From positions 50,654,001 through 50,718,000 of the forward strand of contig NC_088854.1 in the NCBI RefSeq assembly GCF_963853765.1: DNA of 64,000 bases, in the 5' to 3' direction. Position numbers and translations under genes: made by a program. Shown one piece after another: positions 12,401 through 23,800 of this stretch. The first letter of the stretch is position 1. Each line of letters opens with the position of its first letter. This stretch comes from Magallana gigas. Lineage: Eukaryota. The notes under the pieces are model-generated. The model had not been told where the DNA came from, did not search any database, and was given only the letters and a program-made list of their open reading frames with translations.

Positions 12401-15400
12401 TCAAATTCAAGTTCAACAATATACAGGCAGAGACCAGGAGTCTTGAGGTTGTAGCAATTAATGTCTTCTTGGTCTTCGTCTTCACTTGATGTGGAAGGAA
12501 CAGTGAAACTAGCAAAGTAAAGGAAATCATTTTAAATATTTAAATCACTTTTTAACTTTCTGAAAATGCTACTATATATACACTTGTATATTGGCAAAAA
12601 TGTGTCAAATTGAGTCCCTATATTACAATATACAAATACCTTCAAGTACTTTCAGATTTTTTGATAAAGGGGTTCCACAATATATATTATCAAGAATTCA
12701 TATGAGCCTTAATTTTCAAAATATTAATTTGAAAAAAAAAATCAATTATGGTTTAAATTTATTCATTTCTGAAAAGTGCTTAATCTAATACGTAATTTTA
12801 TAAAATCATTGCTGTTTTTGAGGTCTGAATATGAAAACCCCCCCAGCAATAATTGTTTTATTAAATGATTCAGTGATATATTGATACAAACATATAAAAT
12901 CGAGTATTATCAAGCGAAAATTTTAGTTTGAAGCAATAACAAAACAAATTGCGTAACACAATCTTTTTTCAGTCCAATGTGGAGATAATCATATGTTATA
13001 TTGACCTCATAGGTCAGATGCAGATTAATGTAATGTTTTAATGTTTTATTTTTTCTAGATTGTTGGATATTAGCTAATCAGAGAGTTAAGAATTCATCAA
13101 TCATATAATAATAAAGTATATCATCTATTATATAAAGATCATGCTGTACTGTATTGAATGTTGTGCATTAAAAATCTTATAACCCTTCCACCCTATAAAC
13201 ATGTACAAATGTGGAATTTCATTAAGTCCCAATGTATAATTTTGAGAAGCCATTGTTATAATATAAATAGAATTGTGTACTATGCAAAACAATTTGAATC
13301 ACAGTTAGCATTTTCATCTATTAATATATACATGTACATGTAAATATGCATGAAAGCCATGGTGTTTTAACATACTCTGGCTCTTGGGTATCTGATGTAT
13401 TTCCTTCATCAGCTTTGGAATTTCCAGAGTGGCTTTCAGTAGCCATGTTGTTTTTCCCCTCTTCTGTACTCACAGGATGTGTCCATTTTGGCTCAATGCT
13501 AACTACTGGAGGCTCTTCGGGACACAGTTGATTGGTAAACTTCTCAACAATTTCTTTGGCTAATCTGTTAACTGTGTTAGGTGTGTGGTCTTCAAGTGAC
13601 TTCAGCATATGACAGACTTTTAGTGATATACTCTGACAACCAAGGAATTTATTGAATTCATTTTCTTTAATTTCTTCATTTTTGTTGGTATTAATTCCAA
13701 CAACCAGGATGAAATTGTGTCTTTTACTTGCAGTGTCATCATCTTCATCTAAAAGTTCTAAGAGGAGGAAGAAAATGACCATTTAGTTTAGATTAATATC
13801 AGCAGATACAATACAGCAATGTCATATTGGCTTAAAATGCTTAAGATACTGATGTTTGAAAATTTGAAAATGTTATTGGCATTTGGCAAAATGTAAAATA
13901 AACCATCCCCTGTCTAAACTAAGATAATGGTGCACATGTTGCTTCTAAAATTCTAACACACAAACCAAAAACTATAAGCTTCAAAAGTGAAGCTCCAAAA
14001 AAACTCAGGTTGACGGACTGTAGCCCTACAAAAAACTGCACAGTATATCTATTGAGCACAAAAAGTTGTGCGCTGTTTTGGATTTATCGATCTTATCAAG
14101 GAATATATTCTGTGAAAACTTCAAAACCAAAAAATTTTCTTAGAGGCATTTTACTTTAGATTGTCATTACTTAACTCGCCTCTAGATATCTATTTTGTTC
14201 AAATAACACCCTCACAAGCCTTGTAAATTGAAATGGTGTGGTTTGTTTACAGATAAAAATGGCAACTCTTGATCCCGAAGTGAATTAATCTAACATATAC
14301 TTCACTTAACAAGTTACCCAGGTCGATTAGGGTGTTTAGAAAAACGTTTGAGTAAGTAAAGTGGTGAATCGGTAGTAAATTCTCATAGGAATTTATTGAC
14401 ATGAAATTATTTTCAGAATGTATTCAAAAATTAGTTTGATAAGTCTAAATCTGTCCCCAACTTTTTGTGCACAGTATTAAATAAAAAGTTTTTTTGTACG
14501 GGTGGAACTGTAGTTCCACAGTCCATCAATCTGAATTTTCCATGAAGCTACAGTTCTGCAGTTAGAAAATATCAGATTTCCAGGAGCATGTTGAAAATTA
14601 AATTTTAAAAAATTGTTACCTTCAAGTTTGTTCGGAATCTTGTTTGATGTTTCATTCCAGAAGGTTTTCCAGTGGACATCATCGACAATTACTATAAAGG
14701 AATCTGCTTCGCCAATGTGTTTTACGATAAGTTTGCTGGTATGAGTAAGTTTATCTGAAGAAAAAAAATATTTATTGTCAATAAAAGAATTGATAGATGG
14801 AAAAAATTACCAATGCTAAAATTTTTCAAAATGTATTAGGATCATATGAATTCATATTGATAAGTATATATTTACATCTACCAAATATGATTCCCTCTAA
14901 TTCTTACGTAAACTTTAGTTCATTCATTGCTCTATAGAAACTAACAGGACTAATATCTACACGCCACGTTTATAGATCTTTCGTACAAACCTACAGGGAC
15001 TGAAACTGACAGGAAATTGACAGGGCAGGACTGAAATCTACATGCCCTATTCATCGATTGGTCAAAACTGACAGCAACCTTATCAAGAAAAATCACAGAC
15101 TGCATGAAATAATCATGATGGTGTCAGACTCAAACTCCATAAGGAGATGATTTGGCAGTTTTTTTTTAGCTATAAATGTACTAAATATGTACATTAAAAG
15201 TAACTTAGTTAATTTAACTTACTTTTTACTATCAATTTACATGTAATTGTTACTTAAAAGAAAGAAAAAAAATTACATAACACATTAACGCGGATTATGT
15301 GATTTTTTCTGCAATGTAGCCACTTTCATATATCCTGCATGAATCACCAAAGGAAGCGTTTTGTGGTTTGAATATTGACATTTAGATGAAAGGGGAAATG

Positions 15401-18362
15401 AGGGATTTACATACACGACATACACAAGTGGTACTTGCTAATTTACAATACAAGGATATTAAAGTACATTTCTCATATTTCTGTTGTATGAAATGTATGA
15501 ATTCTAATATATTGCATCCTTTATCAAAAAAACCTCAAAATGCATTACATATTGTTGAATTAAACTAGATGACATTCAATTGTCAATAAGTTGAGTTGGT
15601 TTTTAGATTGGATCAATTGGGTGCAATATGAAAAGTTTCAATGTTCTACAAGGTGTGCAGTATTGGTTGTAATTTTTCTCTATTAGCGTCTGTGCATTTA
15701 CCTGCTGTTGTGTTTTTCTCCTCAATCCCATGAGTGATAACTTTCTCCTTGCCAAGGTGTGCAACTATTTCTTCACTTAACAGAGTACAAGTTCTATTTT
15801 CTACGTATAGTAATCCTGAAATTCATTCACATTAAACTATTAAGAGATATTACAATGTATATGTATGTAGTAAGTGAATGAGGAGAATCAACATTACTAC
15901 ATGTACCATGAAAGTAATGTAGTCAATAAAGTATTAAATAAACTGGTACATGTTTGATCAAAATGTCTTACCTGTAAACATTGTTTTTTGAGGATACTGA
16001 TGATATTAATAAACACTAGAGCAATTTTAGCATAAATAGTTTTAATATTTTCTTGTCATCTATGATGCATACTTTCAGTTTCATTGTCATTAAATTAAAA
16101 AAACCCACCTAGACATATATATAGATCTATTTCTATTGATTATGTCATGACATATGATCTACATGAAATTATGCAGGCAGTACTGAACTATGATATCAAT
16201 ACACTATCAGGAAACCTTTAGTGTAAGCAGTACACAATAAATGTTATTATATTTGAACATCGACAGCTGCCTTAGGTATTGTTTAAACAATACAGGTAAT
16301 TTCATTCAATTTTCCTCACACTATCATTTTATATCTATTTTATATCTATATCAGAAAAAGTACAAGTATTAATAATACATTAAAACTAAACTGAGTCGCA
16401 AATCAATAAAACACACAATTATTACCGGTAAGTCATATGATATAGATCGAAGGAAATATTTAAAATTTAAAGTAAATATGATTGATTGGATTGAGTGTTG
16501 AGCGTAACAACTATGCGAAGAAGACTAGGATAAGCCCAAATGTCCACGGGCCGGGGCACTAAACGGAAAGAAATAAATCAAAGGAGACCTAACTAGTTCA
16601 TCAAATTAATAACTTACATAGGGTAAAAACACACATATATACAACATAACCACATGCACAGCATCATCTGCGTGAGAGCATGCGTTAATAATTAAGTAAA
16701 TTAACACATTTCATTGTACATGTATGTATTCAATGCAGTTACCAGTAAAAATTAAAAAGTATATGTTCTAGTGATATCACAATGAATGTTAACGAATCAT
16801 TTATATACACTGTACTCTACCAAAGCCTACCAACAATATCATGGATCGGAATGATCTTAATACATATCACCATTAGTTTCCATGGAATTACATAATCCTG
16901 ATTTCCAGGTATGCTTTTTATCTTATAATTTCTACGGTGCAGCAATGTTGAATTGCTCTATATATAAAAAAAAATTTCACAAAATAAATAAACATATATA
17001 ATAGCAACATTCTTATTTTAAGTATAACACATAACTGTTATTAAGGACTATGTGCGGTATTATGCATTTTTTGCCCCCCAAATTAACGTTTTTCGAAAGC
17101 TTTAAAAATAAGGTAGAAGATATTTGAAATCATATCAGAAATAAGTGTGTAAAAGGTTGTCTCCACAGTGACGTTATAATGTAGAAATGACATCATGAAG
17201 ATTGTCTTATTTTGATAAATTGATGTTTTGTAGCAAAATATGGGTGTTTTCCGAATGATTTTCGACTGGGAAACATCGAGCGCAGGCTTGCTCAAGTACC
17301 ACTTTTTAGTATGTTTTGTATATTTATATAAAGAAAACCATATCTTAAAATCGTACTTGAGCAGACCTTCGCTCTATACTTCTGAATGCAAAATATGAAT
17401 AAAAAATGACGATATTTTCATTTGTTTGCAAAAGTGCGGGAATTTGGTCATTTAAGTGACGTCATAGATATAAACAGCAACTGAGCAATGATGACTAAAA
17501 TCAAGATTAAAGTGATACTGGCATCCTCTGTACAATGATTTATGAAGATTTGATTTTTATACAACACTATTTAGAAATTGGTTAAAATTGGGGGCAGATA
17601 TTTGACCTTACCGCACATAGTCCCGCACATAGTCCTTTGTCAAACTTGTTATGCATCCTACTTAATTACTTCATGATGCACTTATATACTTATGTCATCA
17701 TAGTCAATTAATGATTATAATGCAAGTTGACATAAAATTACAGATAAATGACCAAATATTTATGATAGAAAAAGCTAACATAAAAATGTTACATATAGTA
17801 CACCATAAAAAATGATAAACATTAAAACAAATTGAATTTTGTTGCTATAACAGTATTGATATTTGTTTATCTGTTAATAATTGAATACAAAATACCTATT
17901 AATATGACCCTGCCATTAAAATGATGCTATTTAGATTATCTACATGTATATTCAAATATTTGAAATGAAAGTGAAACTTGGATTTTACTGTGCCAGGTGT
18001 AGTAAGGTGTAGATATAATGATCAGATGATCTGACGTCAGATTATAATTTTAAGCACATTTCGTTGATTAAATGAATAAAATTACTTTTCAATAAATCAA
18101 CAAAGGATATTTGTAAACAAAGGCAAAGAAATTAGATTACCAAATCAGGCTTGTGGAGACAAGCCTGATAGATAAAAGTTTCAAAATGTTGAACACTGTT
18201 AAACTTTTATTATCTATGGTACAGTACTCTTATTTTAAAGCAAAAACAAAACAAGTGATCCAGTTTCTCCATGTGTTTGTGTCAATATTTATACAAAATA
18301 TGAAAATTAGTTAAACATTGTTTAAAATAATATCATTTGACTGTTCACTTACCCACTGACAT
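9439..18362 (-). CDS. Caspase-family (peptidase C14A) protein, paralogue A, 659 aa, with atypical N-terminal domain
   Basis: Exons 18362-18353, 15815-15702, 14754-14620, 13757-13376, 12508-12252, 11994-11726, 11297-11076, 10641-10371 and 9758-9439; all GT-AG, phases consistent, 1980 nt. p20: YNLKTPGLCLYI, LVLIISTHG (catalytic His), CPALTEKPCTFFIQ|ACRS (catalytic Cys). p10: DSLVMFASAPG..GGWLI..VPCLYHRLSKDI. Confidence 0.92.
13976..14550. mobile_element. Degenerate inverted-repeat insertion in caspase A intron 3
   Basis: Absent from the matching intron of paralogue B. Degenerate terminal inverted blocks: CAGGTTGACGGACTGT / ACAGTCCATCAATCTG, GCACAAAAAGTTG / CAACTTTTTGTGC, AGCTTCA / TGAAGCT. Ends are approximate. 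Confidence 0.6.
15972..15981 (-). other. Possible alternative first coding exon of caspase A (ATG TTT ACA G)
   Basis: ATG plus strong donor CAG|GTAAGA in phase 1, in frame with exon 2, with an in-frame stop upstream; not found in paralogue B. Confidence 0.35.
17045..17635. mobile_element. Kolobok-like non-autonomous element in caspase A intron 1
   Basis: TTAA then GGACTATGTGCGGTA at the left; TACCGCACATAGTCC at the right with the terminal 12 bp tandemly duplicated; right TTAA not preserved. Confidence 0.65.
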
Positions 18363-18545
18363 CCTGGCCCATAAACTGACCTACATGCCAGACTACTTTC
18401 TGTTTCCATGAATATGTCGGGTTCGAAGAAGAGCATTCGGATTACCTCGCCTTTTCCTCTACCTGGTGTAAAAAAGCCGAGCACCGATTGGTCACACTAA
18501 ATCACGAACGAGAGCGAGAATGTCCCTAAATTATAATAAAGGGTA

Positions 18546-18691
18546 CTGGCGTGCGACCAGTTCTCGCCGAGTACCATTTCTCGCCAGTACATTGTGACGT
18601 CATTTTTCGTCTATAATTTTGTGTGGTGATAAAATGACGTCACAATGTACTGGCGAGAAATGGTACTCGGCGAGAACTGGTCGCACGCCAG
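18546..18691. mobile_element. 146-bp foldback MITE nested in the MULE left terminus
   Basis: ~60-bp near-perfect arms (CTGGCGTGCGACCAGTTCTCGCCGAGTACC...); TA duplicated at 18544-18545 and 18692-18693. Confidence 0.85.
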
Positions 18692-18704
18692 TAGTGTCTA
18701 TACG

Positions 18705-18827
18705 CACGACCGTCGTGTATATAAATCACTCAGCAGCTATTCGCACGACCGTCGTGTATTCACTCTCATTAGCTATTTGCAAGACCGTCGTGTATTCACT
18801 TATTGTTTACCGGTTATTCGCACGACC
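18705..18827. repeat. MULE left subterminal palindromic repeats (4 copies)
   Basis: CACGAC-C-GTCGTG cores at 18705, 18744, 18780 and 18821 (partial); spacing 36-41 bp. Confidence 0.9.
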
Positions 18828-19494
18828 ATTGATTTCAGGTTGTTACATACTAGGTAATGTGTTGTTTCATTCCCTGTGAAGTTCGGCACGCATCGGTGGA
18901 TCTAAATGACGAAATCGCACCAATTTCAGTTAAAAGCATAACTGGTGTATGAAGAAAAAAATCAATTAGCCTCACGGGTGCATAATGAAAAATGATTATT
19001 ATTAACTTAAGTATATAAAAATGATATAGATGGATTTTCATAGGGAATCATGAAATAATTCACCACGGTTGCTATCTTGATGACTGATAACATATAAAAT
19101 TTCCCTTTAATCTTAAACAAAAGTGCATTAGCCAACACTACATGTACCATACATGAAAATGAAAATCAGTACTATACTCTATTGATATTTTTTCATGATC
19201 CGTTAAAGCTAACGTTATGTATTATTGATCTTATAAAAATTTATCCTCGTATCAAACACAATATTCAGACACTTAGCATCATTTTTTTTGAAATGGGAAG
19301 GGAGGGGGGGGGGGGGGGGGGGGCAAAATTAGCGCGTGGCTGACAGTAGAATTACTCAGTATTTTATATTAATAAATTTTATTAAATTCAAAATGTTTGT
19401 AATTGCTCCCAACAACTACCACACTGCATTTTATCATAAAAATGACACACAGTCGAAGATAAAGCGAACTGATTAATGATCAATAAAGATATCT

Positions 19495-20585
19495 GCGTCT
19501 TTGATGTTCATTTCATCTCTCTCAATTTCTTAATCAGTTCCTGACATAAATTATGAGGTTGTCATGTCCGTCCTTTATTCTACGCTCAATATATTATACC
19601 GTTAAACATAATGTGCGGTATTTTATCAACCCTATTCATTGAATTATAACAGTTGTCGTAATGACTGAATCATTCTATAAAATATGATCGATAAAAGATC
19701 TAGTGGCTGTGCTTTTTAAAAACATATACATGTACATTATATATTCAAGTATCTGTCTATAATTACATTACAAATCATTTTGTAATGTATTATCCAATAC
19801 ATTTCATGAGATCAATGACTATTTAATATTTGATCGTACAATTGCTGATTAAATTATTTAAATTATACAAAATATAAGTTACAAGGAATCATTCTTCGAA
19901 TATTATGAGGTGATCAAATACAATGTAGAAAATGATGTCTGTTGTACGAAGCGTTGATTTGTGATAAATGATTCCCATTTGTACATTAGTACCGTACGAT
20001 TTAAATTATCAAGTTTGAACGCCTTGCAAGAACGGAAATGCTTTTAAATACAACCAAAACGTATGTACTAAATTGCAAAGCTCCCATAGTTTATGCATCG
20101 TCGGATACCCACGGGTGATTGCGTCTTTTACTTATCGTTAAGTAAAAGACGCGATCACCCGTGGGTATCCGACGATGCAGTTTATGGTACTGTCTTGTGT
20201 ACATTAATGGGCGCAAAGAACTCGATCGGGCAACATGTAAATGTTTGAAAACAATCTATTCAAACTTTAATATCTATAACAGTAAGCATAAACTGTTATA
20301 TATATAAATTTAAATTGATAAATGTCATATATATAACTTTTTCGTAACAACTTTTAATAATCACATTAAAGTTATTAAAATATAAAATTTTGCCGGTCAG
20401 GCGAGTTGATTGCGTCTTTGATGTTCATTTCATCTCCAAGTTTCTTAATCAGTTACCGACATAGATTTTGCTGTTGTCAAGTCGTTCCTTTCTTCCTTGC
20501 TCATTAAATAATTGGCGTAAAACATTATGTGCAGTATCTATGAACCCTGTTAATTGAATTGAAACAGTTGTCGTTCATGAGGAAC
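19495..20585 (+). repeat. Diverged ~180-bp direct repeat in the MULE 5' region
   Basis: ~19495-19680 vs ~20405-20585 (TGCGTCTTTGATGTTCATTTCATCTC...AACAGTTGTCGT). Confidence 0.75.
20095..20178. mobile_element. 84-bp palindromic mini-element with direct-repeat flanks
   Basis: 40-bp arms with one mismatch around a 4-nt loop; AGTTTAT directly repeated at 20088-20094 and 20179-20185. Confidence 0.75.
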
Positions 20586-20748
20586 TCCATATGCAACTGT
20601 GTAGAAATGACGAGTGAAATTAATTCAACAATTAGTCATTGGTCAATTTTTCAATAGAGGAGCATCTATGTAAAGGAAACGTGCGGTATTATACTGGTTT
20701 GATATAATTCACTTTTAACGTTAAGATACATTCCCTGAATGCAGATCG

Positions 20749-20774
20749 TGACGTCAAAGTTAATTATGACGTCA
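20749..20774. promoter_or_regulatory. Two full CRE/ATF motifs upstream of the transposase ATG
   Basis: TGACGTCA at 20749-20756 and 20767-20774, 43-68 nt before ATG 20817; function is inferred only. Confidence 0.35.
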
Positions 20775-20816
20775 TATCGTATGAAGTACAGACAAGTGAC
20801 TTTTTAAGATGTTAGG

Positions 20817-23800
20817 ATGAACGAAGGGGACGAATTCAGTTCATTTCAGGAATTTCAGGACAAATTATTACAATGGTCTACAGCTACAAATACGGTTTGG
20901 GTAAAAAGTCACAGCAAAACCGTAGAGACTGCCAACAAGAAACTTTCATCTAAATCAAAAACATTTGACCAGAAATTCAAGTTTAGAAACGTGTTCTACA
21001 GGTGTAAACATGGAGGTGCACCGAGACAAACTGGAAGAGGACTACGGCCAAATCAAAGGTATGTTTCTTTTATAATTTATTTTTATTTACTATGTACTGG
21101 CAGTACTGGGGTATGAAAATGACAAAAAATTATATTGCATATTTTTAATTGTAAAATTAAAAAAACTTGAAGTCTCAAGAACTGTATTTTAAGCCATGCC
21201 CCCCCCCTCCCGAAAAAACGCGCGCTTTTACTGGTTTGAAATCAATAAGTATTTCACTCCTAATTTTCTTATTTTTATATCAATTTCAAATAAATTTAAA
21301 AAAAATTGGCCGATGCGAGAAAGGGGGGGGGGGGGGCAGCCCCCCCCCCCCCCCGATGTTACGTGCCTGGATTTAATTTTCTTTTTAAAATCGGGGAGGG
21401 GGTATATGTAGTTTTCAATTGATATTTATATATATACTGCAGTACAGTATAGTTTTCTTTTCTTTCTATTTTTACTTCTTTTTTTTTTTACATTTAGTCG
21501 CGCGATGGGGTGGGGTTTCTATGCCTATTTTCATACTTGTGCAAATGGACCTTACTAAAAATTCCGATTGCACTGGAGTACCTACAGGTATATAACCACG
21601 ACAAAGGGTGTGCTTGATCAGAAGTCCCTTAAAGAAATACATGTACATTGCGTATTTTTTTATTTTCATTTGAATGCAAATGTCCTTTATGCACTTCAAA
21701 ATTATCTATACCTCCGCGAGTGTGGACTACGATAAACGCTACCCGACATAGAAATTAATGTACATAAATCTGTTTAATGCTGGTTTATTTGGATGAGACA
21801 TGACCATTTCAATCTAATCATTTGACTTCATTAGCTTCACAGGTTTACATTTCACCACCACTTGCGCTCACAATATTGTTGATGTCATTCAAATTTGTCA
21901 TCCCGTTTGCGGCTAGGAAAATCGTGTGAAATTCACACAGTCCTTTAATCCTAACATCCTTTCTTAATATTTGATTCTTTAAAAAGTCTTAGATTACTGT
22001 GAGTCTCAATGATATTTTGTCCAGATATCCATGTTTTAGAAGGTCCATATTTAAAACAATCTTGACCCACTGATCAACGAGATTAATATATATGATTTAT
22101 TTGATATAGCACCACTTACGTATATATGGAGGTGGAAGCAAGTTAATTAGGTTCTAAATATAACCATTAATCTATAAAAGTTCTAAAACCAAATTTATAT
22201 ACAACAGTAGATAATTTTAAACATATGTAGTCAAAAATTATAGAGCTCACCGAGACGAGACATCACTTTTCTGAGACAACACGTACTTTATCATATTATA
22301 TGAATAGCATAATTAATGATTATTAAAATAACACATTGATTGTTATAACACACTAAATCATATCAAATGATACAATAATGTATTATTATATGTACAATTT
22401 CATATTATATCATCATGTATGATAAAACATTTATCAATATAATACAATATCATACAATTCTATAAATACAATAATCATATAATATAATGTTATAATATAA
22501 AATTACACAATATTGTATCATATTATATCAAATCAAATGATATAATATTGTGTCATATTCTACAATATTGTGTCATATAATATCATGATTCAGATAATAC
22601 AGTATCATACCATCTGATACAATTTTATATTGTAACATAATACAATATTGTGCTTATAATGATACAACATTGTATCATAAGATACAATATGATACTATTC
22701 ATACTGTTCATATGAAGCAATAGCATATGAATAAGATTGCATGATACATATTTTTATTATGTTGGCTAACTTAAGTGTCCTGACACTGATGCCAAAGTGT
22801 TTTATAGCAGACCTCCCCCCCCCCCCCCCCCTTGAGGGGAGGGGCTAACTGAGGGATAATTTTGTTTGGGGGAGGTGGGATTGGTTGGGGGTTAATTTTA
22901 CTGTGTTAATTTAATTAGTTTGATGGAAACCTTTATACTTTACATATATGTTAGTTCAATTGATTTGAAGTTCAATTGATTTGAATAAGTTTATCAAAAG
23001 GAAGTACATGTACTGTATATGTTGATTTCACAAAATGGAGGCATATCCCTTACTCACTTACTTCACTATGCTATTAAATGAGGAGTGAAATGAAAAATGA
23101 TAACATGATTTAAGTCTGAATATTAATCTAAATACTTTATGTTAGAATAAATATGGTAATTGTTTGACAGTTTTTAATAGCTTGATAATACTTCATATTT
23201 CTAATTTCCAGTTCCTTTAAACAAGATTGCCAAGCAAGACTTTTTCTCACTGTTAACAAAGAGAAGACAAAGCTTGTTGTTCAAACTCTGGTCACTGCTC
23301 ACAATCATGAGACTAGCAAGTAAGTATGCATAAGATTTCATTTATATTTATGTATTAAGGTCTCAATGTAAAAAAAAAATCATTTGAAAATCTATCAAAT
23401 TTGGATTGCACTTCTGAAAAAGTCAAAGAACACATTAACAAATTAAGCTTTCAATTTAAATCAAATCGTGACATAAAACATCTTGATTTATTTTTAAAAA
23501 ATGAAATAACATATACATTTGAACAATAATGTGCATTTAAATTTATATTTTTTTCAGCAATGCATTTAAGCATTACCCAGAACAACGGCGGTTAAGTGAA
23601 GCAAAGAAAAAAGAAGTGGAAACAATGCTTGAGCTTGGTGTAAAAGTCAAATACCTGAAAGAACATATTGAAGCACAACAACGCCAAGTCATCACCCTTA
23701 AAGATCTCCACAATGTACACCAAAAAGCAAAAAGAGAAAGAAATGGAGACAAGACTGAAGAAGAATTATTGATGGATGAACTAAAGAAGCTTTGTAAGTA

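Noticed and set aside
18705-18827. CRISPR-like array (regularly spaced palindromes with unique spacers; also 28839-28973)
   Set aside because: Eukaryotic context, no cas genes, 13-bp cores, and mirror placement at TSD-bounded ends identify them as transposon subterminal repeats.
18619-18879. Short ORFs with repeated RTTVVY/HDRRV motifs
   Set aside because: Translations of the MITE arm and subterminal DNA repeats.
21323-21354. G14-CAG-C15 hairpin and other G/C homopolymers (~19302, ~22814, ~27408)
   Set aside because: Simple homopolymer tracts of unreliable length; no further structure.
22300-22750. Degenerate ATACA/TATCAT periodicity
   Set aside because: Low-complexity intronic sequence with no definable unit.
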